A stretch of 58,661 nt of DNA, filler included, from an uncultured Myxococcia bacterium (GTDB lineage Bacteria; CAZTWC01): assembly GCA_964617105.1 (NCBI GenBank). It is 2 parts of 2 records of this genome, joined end to end, with 100 filler letters (N's around TTAATTAATTAA, not from the genome) between each part and the next. Parts side by side here need not be neighbours in the genome. Positions count along the whole stretch, not along the records: positions 1 to 29,333 come from CAZTWC010000011.1; 1 more part is not named here. One strand, given 5' to 3'. Below are positions 1-9,942 of this stretch, one piece after another. Within the stretch, counting starts at the first letter, position 1. Each line of letters starts with the position of its first letter. The notes under the pieces were generated by a model. It searched no databases. It was given only the letters and a program-made list of their open reading frames with translations, and had not been told where the DNA came from. Position numbers and translations under genes: made by a program.

Positions 1-946
1 AGGGTTTATGGATGTTTTTTTGAAATCCCTCCAGGGACTCTATATCAAAGCCCAGTTTGGTCATATCAACCTGCAGAGCAGATTTATCCAGGAGGCGTAA
101 AACTATCTTCTCACCAAATACTGTAGGCAAGACCGAAACCCTAAATTCCATCTCCTTATTGCGAGAGGTTTTTATCTTGATACGACCGTCCTGGGGAAGT
201 CGCCTCTCCGCTATGTCCAGATAACTCATAATTTTAATGCGAGAAGAGATAGCATCTTTAAATTTTAGCGGCGGCTGCATAACATCGTACAGAACGCCAT
301 CTATTCGTGTCCGGACCCGGTAACTTTTTTCATAGGGTTCTATATGAATATCAGAGGCTCCTTTTTTGATAGCATCCATGAGGATCAGGTTGACCAGCCT
401 GATAACCGGCGCATCTTCCAACGCCTCCTCGTCCACCACAATGATATCCTCTTTTTTACTATCATCCAGTCTATCCTTTTTACCGGCTTCATCCAGATCT
501 TCCAGTACCTGGTCATATGATATCTTGGACTCGTAATGGCGGCCGATAATTTTTTTAATCAACGACTCCTTGGCAATAACCATCTCCACTTCCAACCCAG
601 TATGAAACTTGACATCATCAATGGCATTGATGTTGGAAGGGTCACTCATAGCCAAGATCAAAGTACTGCCAATCCGCTTAATGGGCAGACAACCATATTT
701 TTCAACCAGGGGAGCCGGTACCAATTTCAATGTTTCTTCGTCAATATCGTATTGAGAAATATCTATTTGGGAAACATTGTATTTTTTACTCATAAACTCG
801 GTCAACTCATCCTCTTCTACATAACCCAGTTTTGACAGGTTATGACCGAGCCTTCCACCTGTCTTCTTGCTTTCGTTATACGCCAGTTCCAACTGCTCCG
901 GCGTGATCATATTTTCACGCACCAATAACTCGCCCAGATTAGACAC
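1..946 (-). CDS. pilB: Type IV pilus assembly ATPase PilB, N-terminal part (runs off the window; absent from the ORF track)
   Basis: Manual translation from GTG at 946 (AAAAGGAAAA upstream): MSNLGELLVRENMITPEQL (MshEN-like), DAPVIRLVNLILMDAIKKGASDIHIEPYE, LDIAERRLPQDGRIK, FRVSVLPTVFGEKIVLRLLD. Confidence 0.93.
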   Translation of the reverse strand, partial: MSNLGELLVRENMITPEQLELAYNESKKTGGRLGHNLSKLGYVEEDELTEFMSKKYNVSQIDISQYDIDEETLKLVPAPLVEKYGCLPIKRIGSTLILAMSDPSNINAIDDVKFHTGLEVEMVIAKESLIKKIIGRHYESKISYDQVLEDLDEAGKKDRLDDSKKEDIIVVDEEALEDAPVIRLVNLILMDAIKKGASDIHIEPYEKSYRVRTRIDGVLYDVMQPPLKFKDAISSRIKIMSYLDIAERRLPQDGRIKIKTSRNKEMEFRVSVLPTVFGEKIVLRLLDKSALQVDMTKLGFDIESLEGFQKNIHKP

Positions 947-1115
947 TGTATTTTCCTTTTTAATATCGTTACTGCCCGGAGACCCACTTCTGGTAGATAA
1001 TAGGTGGCAAACTTATCCAATCCTATTTTCTAACATAAAGATAGTTCCTTGTCAAAAGATGACAGCATCCTTTTTCTTGATTAAATGAGAATAATCTTTT
1101 AATATCGAAGGAGTT

Positions 1116-1985
1116 ATGATCAAATTATCACAAAAATTATCTGGCTTAAGCGCCAATTGGATCAACCGTCAAATTGACACTGATCTGGAAAAATTACTAG
1201 ATAGGGTGCCAGCCCAAAAAAATGAGTTTGGGTATGACCCTTTTGGTATGGACCCTCAGTTTATCAAGAATGTGGCTTTACCAATTATTTTTTTATATAA
1301 AAATTACTTTCGCTGCCAGGTTTATGGCAGCCATAACATCTCTGACCAGAGGGTGTTGTTAATATCAAACCATTCCGGGCAGATTCCCGTGGATGCAATG
1401 ATGATCTCCGCCGCCGTGTTGCTGGAATCTAAACCGCCCAGAATTGTCCGCAGCATGATAGAAAAATGGGTGCCAACCTTGCCTTTTATCTCAATTTTTA
1501 TGAGCCGTTGCGGCCAAATTGTAGGAACTCCGGAAAATTGTCGCCGATTGCTGAAACAGGAAGAGGCTATTTTGGTATTCCCTGAAGGGGTTAAGGGGAT
1601 CTGTAAAAAATTTTCCCAACGCTACCAATTACAATCCTTTGGTTACGGTTTTATGCGGCTGGCTCTGGCCACTAATACGCCTATTGTCCCGGTTTGCGTA
1701 ATTGGAGCCGAAGAGCAGGCGCCCCAAATCTATAATGTCAAATCTCTGGCCAGGCTGCTCAATATTCCCGCCTTTCCATTAACACCTACATTTCCCTGGT
1801 TATTTCCTATGGGGGCAATACCTTATCCTACCAAATACCACATCTATTTTGGCGAACCTCTCTATTTTGAAGGCGATGCCAACGAAGAAGACGCTGAAAT
1901 ATCCATAAAAGTAGACCGGGTAAAAACAACTATCAATAGAATGATACAAAAGGGGTTGAGAAAGCGAAAAAGAATTTTTTGGTAA
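1116..1985 (+). CDS. Lysophospholipid/glycerol acyltransferase family protein
   Basis: NHSGQIPVD (HxxxxD-type) and VFPEG acyltransferase motifs; AGGAG RBS. Confidence 0.85.
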   Translation: MIKLSQKLSGLSANWINRQIDTDLEKLLDRVPAQKNEFGYDPFGMDPQFIKNVALPIIFLYKNYFRCQVYGSHNISDQRVLLISNHSGQIPVDAMMISAAVLLESKPPRIVRSMIEKWVPTLPFISIFMSRCGQIVGTPENCRRLLKQEEAILVFPEGVKGICKKFSQRYQLQSFGYGFMRLALATNTPIVPVCVIGAEEQAPQIYNVKSLARLLNIPAFPLTPTFPWLFPMGAIPYPTKYHIYFGEPLYFEGDANEEDAEISIKVDRVKTTINRMIQKGLRKRKRIFW

Positions 1986-2001
1986 GCCTTACAGGTGATA
2001 A

Positions 2002-2943
2002 ATGACTAAAAGTGGTATCATAATTACTGGCTGCGCCGGCGAACTTGGAAAACTGTTGACCAGGTACCTCCACCAGGGAGAAAAGGTGATCGGCATTGAT
2101 AGGCGACCTTTTCCAAACAAGCCCAGAGATGTTGAATTTTACCAACTAGATATCCGCCGAAAAAAATGTGAAAATATTTTTCGCACCACCCCGATAAAAG
2201 CAGTATTTCACATGGGAGTTATACACAATCCCAGGAGCCGGTCTGAAGAAAAATTTTCCTTTAATATTAAAGGCACCATGAAACTGCTGGAATACTGCTC
2301 AAAATACCAGGTGCCCAAGTTTGTTTTCTTAAGCTCTGCCAATGTCTACGGACCGGCTCCCGCAAATGACAATTTTATCACCGAAGAAGCCCCTCTGATG
2401 GCTGGTGCTTCTTTTCACGATATCGGCGACCTGATAGAACTGGACATGCTGGTACAATCCTTCTTTTGGAAAAACCTCTATATGGACACCTGCATTCTCA
2501 GGCCGGTTCATATTGTGGGCTCCTCCATAGAGAACGCCCTGACCATTTATCTTCGCCTACCCGCCATCCCCTCTCTACTGGGATTCGACCCTCTCCTGCA
2601 ACTAATCCATGAAGATGATGTGATCAGAGCCCTGGCCCTCTGCCTAAAAAAGGGGGTAAAAGGGGTATTCAACCTGGTTGGCGCCGGTGAAGCCCCATTA
2701 AGCGCTATTATCTCCCACTTGAATAAAGTCAATATACCCATCCCTTATCCTTTGGCTGTTTCTCTTTTACGGATGATGTGGCGCTGGAAATTGACCTCCT
2801 TCCCGGTGCCGGAGTTGGATCATATCCGTTACGGCTGCACCGTGGACGGCAACAGAGCAAAGACGATCTTAGATTTTCACCCCCGTTATTCCATGTCTGA
2901 AACCCTGAAATCTATTACCTCGATCAATTGGAGCAAAGGATGA
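2002..2943 (+). CDS. NAD-dependent epimerase/dehydratase (extended SDR)
   Basis: ITGCAGELG Rossmann motif, LSSANVYG; adjacent to the acyltransferase. Confidence 0.85.
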   Translation: MTKSGIIITGCAGELGKLLTRYLHQGEKVIGIDRRPFPNKPRDVEFYQLDIRRKKCENIFRTTPIKAVFHMGVIHNPRSRSEEKFSFNIKGTMKLLEYCSKYQVPKFVFLSSANVYGPAPANDNFITEEAPLMAGASFHDIGDLIELDMLVQSFFWKNLYMDTCILRPVHIVGSSIENALTIYLRLPAIPSLLGFDPLLQLIHEDDVIRALALCLKKGVKGVFNLVGAGEAPLSAIISHLNKVNIPIPYPLAVSLLRMMWRWKLTSFPVPELDHIRYGCTVDGNRAKTILDFHPRYSMSETLKSITSINWSKG

Positions 2944-3344
2944 TCTCTCTAATCAAGATGATTTTTTACCTCGCGGTAATGTTAATTATTGTCTACATTT
3001 TTTGTACCGTCACCCTGGATGGCAAACCCCTTTGTCAACATGTAAGGCAAACATTTAACCCGGAAACAGTAAGCCAAAAACCCAAAGAGATAAAAGAGGG
3101 CATCCAGGAGCATTTAAAAGAAAAATATATATTTATTAAAGATAAAACCAAAGAATACAGTGATACCCTTAAAACGAAAGGGATAAAGAAAATTCAGAAA
3201 TTAAAAAAAGACGCCAAACAGATAGTGTTAAAAGTCAAGGAAAAAAGCGGACAGACTATTGAAGAGATTGGTGAAAACCATCCTGACATAATGGATGAAG
3301 ATCGAAAGGCCCTGGAAAAACTGATCCAACAGCACACAAAATAG
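2940..3344 (+). CDS. Hypothetical membrane-anchored, Lys-rich helical protein
   Basis: ATG at 2940 overlaps the upstream stop (ATGA); N-terminal hydrophobic helix. Confidence 0.6.
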   Translation: MISLIKMIFYLAVMLIIVYIFCTVTLDGKPLCQHVRQTFNPETVSQKPKEIKEGIQEHLKEKYIFIKDKTKEYSDTLKTKGIKKIQKLKKDAKQIVLKVKEKSGQTIEEIGENHPDIMDEDRKALEKLIQQHTK

Positions 3345-3452
3345 AAGTGGATTTCCGGGCGGCAACAAAATAGGGAATAAAAAACCGCTCCAGGATGTTT
3401 TATTTTATGAACAAGGCGGACACTAGACATAACTACCGTGGAGGATAAATTA

Positions 3453-4967
3453 ATGATTAGACCTGATAAAAATAGTTCCTACAGACTATTGCCACTTTTA
3501 TTGATTACTCTGGCGGTGGCAATAATTTCAGGCGGTTGGTATAAGGACAAACAGAATAAAGCCAAAACAACTCTCTGGAAGGACAGCAAAAACCAGGTTC
3601 AAAAGATCTATCAACGCCAGGATATGCTGCCCAATATAGTCAAAATCGTGGAAAAAGTTTCCCACGCTGTGGTTAACATCCAGACCACCCAGACGATCCA
3701 ACACCGAGGGGGAAATCAGTTTTTTGGCCCCTTTTCCCAGCGCGGTCCCTTCGGTCAACAGGATGATTTCTGGGAATTTTTCAAACCCTTTTTCAATAGG
3801 CCCCGAGAATTCAAGAATAAAGGTTTGGGAACCGGCTTCATCATCAATGGAGATGGTTACATTGTCACCAACAACCATGTAATTGAAAACGCCACTGAAA
3901 TAAAAGTCAAACTGGCTCAAGATAACAAAGATTACCCGGCCCGGGTGGTGGGTGCTGACGCTAAAACCGACATTGCCCTTATTAAAATAGAATTAGGGGC
4001 CAGGAAAAGTTTACCCGCCATTAAATTCGGTAATTCCGGCCGGCTAAAAATCGGGGAATGGGTGGTGGCTATAGGTAATCCCTTTGGCCTGGATCACACG
4101 GTTACTGCCGGTATTGTTAGCGCAAAAGGACGGAAAGAGATTAATCCCTCCGGTCGACAGGGCTATTACGACTTTATCCAAACCGATGCATCCATTAATC
4201 CCGGCAATTCCGGAGGGCCTCTGCTCAATATTAATGGGGATGTTATCGGTATCAATACTGCCATCAGCGCAGTGGGTCAGGGAATCGGCTTTGCCATCCC
4301 CATAGACATGGCCAAAACTATTTTACCCCAACTTAAAGATAAAGGTAAAATAACCAGAAGTTGGCTCGGTATCCAAATCCAGCAAGTTACCCCGGAATTA
4401 GCCAAATCCTTCAACCTGGATAAACCACGGGGAGCCCTGATATCAAATGTGGTAAAAAACGGTCCGGCTGCCAAAGGAGGGCTAAAGTCGGGAGACATTA
4501 TTATAAATTTCAATAATCACAAGATAAACAATCATTCTGATGTTCCCTGGCTGGCTTCCACTGCCGGGGAGGGAAAAACAGTGAGGATAACGGTAATTAG
4601 GAATAGCAAAGAAATAACTCTCCAAATAAAATTAGGGAAAATGCCGGAAGATCGGCGCAAGGCATCCCTGGAGCAAAAGGAGACCGATGTTGACCTGGGT
4701 TTTAGCGTTACCCAGTTAACCCCTCAATTGGCCAGAAAGATGGGATTTGAAGATGAAAAAGGGGTGGTAGTAACCGACATTGATGATACCTCTACGGCAT
4801 TTGAGGCGGGCTTGAGGCCCAAAGATATAATCCTGGAGATCAACGGTGTTCAAATCGTTGATTTGCCCCAATTTAACCGGAGTATGAAAGTTGTTGCTGA
4901 TAGTAAATTCATCCGGATACGGGTCAAGCGAGACATGGGAATCCTATTTTTGGCCTTCGGCCGGTAA
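3453..4967 (+). CDS. degP: HtrA/DegP (Do/DeqQ) serine protease with two PDZ domains
   Basis: TNNHV, DIALIK, IQTDASINPGNSGGPL triad motifs; two PDZ-like repeats; GGAGG RBS before ATG 3453. Confidence 0.93.
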   Translation: MIRPDKNSSYRLLPLLLITLAVAIISGGWYKDKQNKAKTTLWKDSKNQVQKIYQRQDMLPNIVKIVEKVSHAVVNIQTTQTIQHRGGNQFFGPFSQRGPFGQQDDFWEFFKPFFNRPREFKNKGLGTGFIINGDGYIVTNNHVIENATEIKVKLAQDNKDYPARVVGADAKTDIALIKIELGARKSLPAIKFGNSGRLKIGEWVVAIGNPFGLDHTVTAGIVSAKGRKEINPSGRQGYYDFIQTDASINPGNSGGPLLNINGDVIGINTAISAVGQGIGFAIPIDMAKTILPQLKDKGKITRSWLGIQIQQVTPELAKSFNLDKPRGALISNVVKNGPAAKGGLKSGDIIINFNNHKINNHSDVPWLASTAGEGKTVRITVIRNSKEITLQIKLGKMPEDRRKASLEQKETDVDLGFSVTQLTPQLARKMGFEDEKGVVVTDIDDTSTAFEAGLRPKDIILEINGVQIVDLPQFNRSMKVVADSKFIRIRVKRDMGILFLAFGR

Positions 4968-4982
4968 TCACAAAAATTGCTG

Positions 4983-5213
4983 CGAAGGGCAGAGGGGGTA
5001 CTAAGAATAATACGTCGAGGCCAAAGGTCATCCCCGTGGGAAGGATAATTTGGGAATCCGGGTGACAGACAAAAAGCGTATTAGAGTGTAAAAATTCGGA
5101 GGCGCTCGGATAACTAGGCGCAGAATATAAAATTCCCGCAGGCGTATGTTCTTATACGTCGAGGATAATTTTATATTCTGCAACAACGTTAGCCGAGATG
5201 CATCCGGATTTTT
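4983..5213. repeat. Composite palindromic intergenic repeat, copy 1 (full unit 5091-5213; fragments 4983-5020 and about 5026-5043)
   Basis: Shares CGGAGGCGCT, TAGGCGCAG, AAAATTCCCGCAGG, ATACG.CGAGGA.AATTTTAT, TGCAACAACG and GATGCATCCG with 17284-17475; lies between convergent genes. Confidence 0.85.
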
Positions 5214-7509
5214 ACTTGGTTTTCATGGTCCAGACGCCATCCCAACCATTACCTGGCGGATGTTTCTTCATATATTTGCAGCGGTCTATATAGATTTGCG
5301 GAAGTTTATCCTGGGGATTTAATTTCAAGGAATGTTTAAAAGCCTTGACCGCTTTGCTCCATTCACTTTGGCGGTACCAGTCGAGTCCGTTTTCAAATTG
5401 ATTGACCACATCCATCATGTTGGGGAAAGTTTCAGTGGTATGATAATCCAAAACTTCATAGATATTTACCGGTTCGGTTTTCCCTTTCACAATTACCCGA
5501 TCTACGTTACGAATCCGATAGGTTCCTTTCAATTTGCTAAAAGTATATTCACTGATTAAAATTTTGGTCGAATAAGTTTTGCAGGCACTTTCAAGCCTGG
5601 CTGCCAAATTGACCCCATCGCCGATTAAAGTGTAATCCATCCGTTTAGGTGAACCGATATTACCCGATACCACCATATCGGTATTCAAACCAATACCAAT
5701 ATCAATAAATTTTTTTCCTGCTGCTTTGCGCTTGTTATTCCAGTCATTTAATTCATTCATCATAGATATGCTGGCTCGCATGGCCCGGTCTTCATCATCT
5801 TCGTGGGCAATAGGCATACCAAAAGCGGCCATTATTGCATCACCAATAAACTTATCCAGCATCCCTCCCTCGCGTTGAATACATTCCACCATAATGGTAA
5901 AATATTCATTCAGCAGAGAAACTGTTTCCTGGGCGCCCAACTCTTCGGTTAAAGTGGTAAATCCCCTGATATCGGAAAAAAGCACCGTGGCAACCTCACT
6001 TTTACCTCCCAAAATATCCACGCCACCCTTTAGGATTTGATCCGCCAATTCTGCATCCATATAACGGGACATAGTGGATTTTACTCTCTTCTCCTCGCTG
6101 ATATCCTCGATCATGATCATGGAGCCCAAACCTTTTTTCTCCACACTCAGCAGAGGCAATACTGTAACATTGACAGAGCGTTTAACCTCGTTGAATTTCA
6201 ACTCTGCGTCCATGGTAATATCTGACTCTTGGCTCTCCTCTACCCGTTTTATTTTGTCAACAATCCAGGCGTTTTCACCCATAAAAAATTCCTGGCCCTG
6301 TTTGCCAATAATCTCCTCTAAACTCAGATTTACAATCCGCATCCCGGCTGCATTGCAGGTTACAATTTGGTGATCTTCATTTAAGGTCAGCACCCCATTG
6401 GACATACTTTCCAACATGGCTTCATTGTAATTTTTTATATTTTGCACCTGGTCAAAAAGTTGGGCATTTTCAAGGGCGATAGACACCTGGGCAGTAAATG
6501 CTCTCAGCCGGGATTCATCTTCAGAAGTAAATACACCACCACGCCTGTTTAAAGTTTGCGTAACGCCAAGGGTTTTGCCATTTTTATTCACCACCGGCAC
6601 ACACAACATGGAGCGGGTAAAATAACCGGTTTGCTTGTCAAACACCGGATTAAAACGTAAATCAGCATAGGCATGGGGGATATTTATGGTCTCCCCAGAA
6701 GTAAAAACACGGCCGGCAATGCCCATGTGATTGGGAAATCTAATCTGAGATGCGCCTATCCCTTCCCCCACATAAATATAAAGTTCATTGGTTTTTTCAT
6801 CATTTAAAAATAGGGTGGAGCGCTCGGCGTTTAACATTCTGGTAGCTTCAGACATAACCTTATTTAAAATAGTACTCAGGTCAATTTCTGAGATTACATC
6901 AGAAACCACATCAAAAAACTCCATCCCTTGCAGATGAGTTTTGCGCATTTCTTCAACCATTTGTGTACTTTGCAGGGCAATAGCCGCCTGGGTAGTCATG
7001 GCATCCAGTATTTCCAAATCCAGAGGGGTAAATTGGCCATCTTTTTTATTCAAGGACTGGGCTACGCCAATAATTTCACCTTTTACTGTGCGAATAGGAG
7101 TGCAGAGGATGTTTTTGGTAACAAAACCGGTTTTTTCATCAACGGTTCGATCGAAAAATTCATTGGCATGAGCATCCTGAACAATTAACCCTTTTCCAGT
7201 GGTAAAAACATGGCCCGCTACACCGGAAGTATTCATGAGTCTGATTTCCCGTTTTTTTACTCCATGAGCAACTATAGAAAAGAGTTCATTGGTTTCAGAG
7301 TCATTTAGAAAAATTGTCCCCCGCTCCGCATTAACTTCACTGGTGGTCAACTCCAATAATTTCTCCAGCATCTCATCGAGATTATCAAAGAGGGCCATGG
7401 TTTTAGACACACTTAACAGCATTTCTGCTTTTTTCAATTTTAGAACCATATCGGCCATGGCGGCCTTGGCCTCATGACTTTTTATTTGTTGGGGGATTTT
7501 GTCTGCCAT
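5212..7509 (-). CDS. Class III adenylate cyclase, GAF-GAF-PAS-cyclase-TPR-like (CyaB1-type architecture)
   Basis: Two GAF repeats (AERGTIFL/AERSTLFL; NKKDGQF/NRRGGVF), PAS, FSDIRGFT, DKFIGDAIM, DYTLIGDGVNLAARLE. Confidence 0.92.
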   Translation of the reverse strand: MADKIPQQIKSHEAKAAMADMVLKLKKAEMLLSVSKTMALFDNLDEMLEKLLELTTSEVNAERGTIFLNDSETNELFSIVAHGVKKREIRLMNTSGVAGHVFTTGKGLIVQDAHANEFFDRTVDEKTGFVTKNILCTPIRTVKGEIIGVAQSLNKKDGQFTPLDLEILDAMTTQAAIALQSTQMVEEMRKTHLQGMEFFDVVSDVISEIDLSTILNKVMSEATRMLNAERSTLFLNDEKTNELYIYVGEGIGASQIRFPNHMGIAGRVFTSGETINIPHAYADLRFNPVFDKQTGYFTRSMLCVPVVNKNGKTLGVTQTLNRRGGVFTSEDESRLRAFTAQVSIALENAQLFDQVQNIKNYNEAMLESMSNGVLTLNEDHQIVTCNAAGMRIVNLSLEEIIGKQGQEFFMGENAWIVDKIKRVEESQESDITMDAELKFNEVKRSVNVTVLPLLSVEKKGLGSMIMIEDISEEKRVKSTMSRYMDAELADQILKGGVDILGGKSEVATVLFSDIRGFTTLTEELGAQETVSLLNEYFTIMVECIQREGGMLDKFIGDAIMAAFGMPIAHEDDEDRAMRASISMMNELNDWNNKRKAAGKKFIDIGIGLNTDMVVSGNIGSPKRMDYTLIGDGVNLAARLESACKTYSTKILISEYTFSKLKGTYRIRNVDRVIVKGKTEPVNIYEVLDYHTTETFPNMMDVVNQFENGLDWYRQSEWSKAVKAFKHSLKLNPQDKLPQIYIDRCKYMKKHPPGNGWDGVWTMKTK

Positions 7510-7511
7510 AA

Positions 7512-7937
7512 TTAACCTTCCAGTTTATCCCGTAAAATTCCTATAGTTTTTTGAAGTTCCTTTATCTCTATTCGCGCCTGACGCCTAGCAGTATCGATAT
7601 CTTCTTCATAAACTACTCGATTATTTTCCAGTTCGTCCCGCAAAGCCATTGCTGTTTTCTTTAACTGCTTTATCTCTTCGCTGGCGTCATGAGATACTTT
7701 TTGGATTGATAAAAGATTCTCCTGATCTTTTTTCTCCAACTCGTCCCGCAAAGCCATTGTTGTTTTCTTTAACTGTTCAACTTCTTCTCTGGCATCATGA
7801 AACGCTCTTTGATTTGATAAAAGTTTTTCCTGATCTTTTTTCTCCAACTCTTCCCGTATAACATTAATAGTTTCTTTTAGATGCCGATTTTCCGATTGAA
7901 GAGAATTTATCTGTTTTTTTTCTGCACTATCAATCAT
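7512..7937 (-). CDS. Coiled-coil protein of 35-aa tandem repeats
   Basis: ELEKKDQE.LLS.Q...HDA.EE..QLKKT.MALRD repeats with a 105-nt DNA period; 2 nt from the cyclase start. Confidence 0.75.
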   Translation of the reverse strand: MIDSAEKKQINSLQSENRHLKETINVIREELEKKDQEKLLSNQRAFHDAREEVEQLKKTTMALRDELEKKDQENLLSIQKVSHDASEEIKQLKKTAMALRDELENNRVVYEEDIDTARRQARIEIKELQKTIGILRDKLEG

Positions 7938-7945
7938 ATTATATT

Positions 7946-9460
7946 TTAATCTTTCACTCTTTGCAGGTTTATACTTTCCTCTGTGCTACCTATCCCTAGT
8001 TGTCCATAACGATTATTTCCCCAACACCAAAGGGAATTATCTTTTTTTATAGCACAAGAAAAATTTTTCCCCAAGCTTACTTGCAAACACAGATAGAGTT
8101 TATCCACCTGATTAAATATTTGGGTCCCACTTTCATCTCCAACACCGGTCTGGTTATAATAATTGTCGCCCCAACACCAAAGGCGCAAATTTTCATCTAT
8201 AGCACAAGTATGATTGACGCCGGTTGAAATGGTATGCCACTTACCAGTTCGAGCCACTTTTTGATATCCTTTATAGAGAATTTTATCTCCAGTGCCCAAT
8301 TGTCCAACTTGGTTATCCCCCCAACACCAGGCTGAACTATCGGTGTCAATGGCACAGGTATGCTTAGAACCTGCTGCCACCCTTTGCCATTTTGTACCCG
8401 GCGCAATATTTACTGCCAGCAATCTATCCTGACCGGGACTGCCGTCCACCTGACCATTAAGATTGTTGCCCCAACACCATAGAGAGCCATCCTGGACAAT
8501 TATACAAACATGATTATCGCCTGTAGTTAATCTTCCCTCTTTAAGATTATCCCTCACCAGTACTGGTTCGCTCCGGGATTGAATATTGTTGTTACCGGAT
8601 CCGCCATCCCCCTGACCATTTTGACCGTGAAGGTTGTTGCCCCAGCACCATAAAGAACCATGAGTGTTAATGGCACAGGTGTGCATCTCTCCCGCTGATA
8701 CTTTACGCCAAAGGTGCTCTTTTCCAATATGCACCGGTTGCCAATAGTTTTTTTTATCACCACTACCCAGTTGGCCATGATAATTTTTTCCCCAGCACCA
8801 AAGGGAACCATTGATGTGTATTGCGCAGGTATGCATACCACCGCTGCTTACCTGTTGCCATCCCAAGATTGTTCCAACCTGGTGAGGCTGCAACCTTTGG
8901 TCATTATCACCATTGCCCAACTGACCGTGGTCATTCTTTCCCCAACACCAAAGAGAGGCATCATCCTTTATAGCACAGGCATGCCCCGAACCAGCACTGA
9001 TGAAAACAAACCTGCCTTCGTCAGTTTCTCCATCGCAGTCGTTGTCGAGTTTGTCCACCAATTCCGCTACCGGTCCGATGTTGCCCAGACAGTCACCCCA
9101 TATCCCCTGGACAGAACAGACTCTCTCTCCGACCTGGCATTGACCGATAGCTATCCCACAATTTTCCCGCTTTCCAGAAAGGCAATTACACTCTTCGTCA
9201 GTTATGCCATCGCAGTCATTATCGAGACCATCGCATAACCTTTCCTCTTTTTCATATCCAGGTAAATCAGAAAAATTTGGTAGATGCCATTGGCCTTCGG
9301 CAGAGCAAATCGCTTTTTCTCCCCGACAAACTCCCTTAGTTAAGGCCTTGAGAGAAAACTCCTCAGGATCACAGCGATCATTGATGTTACCAGTATGCCA
9401 ATTGCATGAGATAAAGGTATAAAACAGTAAAAAATAATAGATATATCTGGACAGAGACAA
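7946..9460 (-). CDS. Secreted RCC1-repeat beta-propeller protein with N-terminal DGLDNDCDG metal-binding-type motifs (probable lipoprotein)
   Basis: Seven (H/F)xCxI....xWCWGxN..GQ repeats; two DNDCDG motifs; FISC lipobox-like sequence. Confidence 0.85.
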   Translation of the reverse strand: MSLSRYIYYFLLFYTFISCNWHTGNINDRCDPEEFSLKALTKGVCRGEKAICSAEGQWHLPNFSDLPGYEKEERLCDGLDNDCDGITDEECNCLSGKRENCGIAIGQCQVGERVCSVQGIWGDCLGNIGPVAELVDKLDNDCDGETDEGRFVFISAGSGHACAIKDDASLWCWGKNDHGQLGNGDNDQRLQPHQVGTILGWQQVSSGGMHTCAIHINGSLWCWGKNYHGQLGSGDKKNYWQPVHIGKEHLWRKVSAGEMHTCAINTHGSLWCWGNNLHGQNGQGDGGSGNNNIQSRSEPVLVRDNLKEGRLTTGDNHVCIIVQDGSLWCWGNNLNGQVDGSPGQDRLLAVNIAPGTKWQRVAAGSKHTCAIDTDSSAWCWGDNQVGQLGTGDKILYKGYQKVARTGKWHTISTGVNHTCAIDENLRLWCWGDNYYNQTGVGDESGTQIFNQVDKLYLCLQVSLGKNFSCAIKKDNSLWCWGNNRYGQLGIGSTEESINLQRVKD

Positions 9461-9629
9461 TAATTTCTCCAGAAACCTGACAACAGGGTCAATTTTTCCT
9501 CATGCAGGTGTCAAAATTTTCCTACCTGGCCTGAGATACAACTTTTAAATTTTATATCAGAAAAACACTCCGCCAGGTAACTATTCGACATTAAAGGATA
9601 ATTAAATTTTCAGAAAATTTGTTGAAAAC

Positions 9630-9645
9630 TGGCATGTCTGTTGCA
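9630..9645 (+). promoter_or_regulatory. Sigma54 (-24/-12) promoter
   Basis: TGGCATG-TCTG-TTGCA matches TGGCACG-N4-TTGCW with exact spacing; GGAGG-N3-ATG follows at 9701-9711. Confidence 0.75.
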
Positions 9646-9708
9646 TATATTATTAGTTGAAAATGAAACCAAGGTTAGTAAAAACTTTCACTTTCCCATT
9701 GGAGGATT

Positions 9709-9934
9709 ATGGCTAAATATTAGAGATTAAAATAGATGTTGAAGTTGACGTTCCTACTGTTGTTCACGCTGAAATTCCTGTTGTACCTCACGCTGTTACT
9801 CCTGTTACTTATCCGGTTATACCGGTAGCTCAAGTTCAAATTCATACTGAAATTCGCGTTCCTTTTCCGTTTCGACTCTTGTTAAAATTCAAGTTGCGGC
9901 TCAAATCTCTGGTAAACCTGCTAAACACCTTTAA
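9709..9934 (+). pseudogene. Cryptic ~75-aa Val/Pro/Ile-rich small protein gene, apparently with two 1-nt deletions (alternatively a small RNA or short-peptide locus)
   Basis: As written, ATG 9709 gives MAKY-stop. Adding one A at 9715-9717 and one T at 9863-9866 gives MAKILEIKIDVEVDVPTVVHAEIPVVPHAVTPVTYPVIPVAQVQIHTEIRVPFSVSTLVKIQVAAQISGKPAKHL with strong GTT/CCT/GCT codon periodicity. Confidence 0.45.
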
Positions 9935-9942
9935 TGGCCCCA

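Noticed and set aside
536-1088. Plus-strand ORFs 536-835 and 867-1088
   Set aside because: Antisense shadows of pilB
7630-7845. 105-nt periodic repeat, checked as a possible CRISPR array
   Set aside because: In-frame coding repeat without unique spacers; no cas genes in the window
9720-9845. Minus-strand AAC-rich frame (..NNSRNVNFNI..) resembling a diversity-generating retroelement template repeat
   Set aside because: No reverse transcriptase and no matching variable repeat in the window. AAC richness is the antisense of GTT codons, and promoter, RBS and hairpin all point to the plus strand
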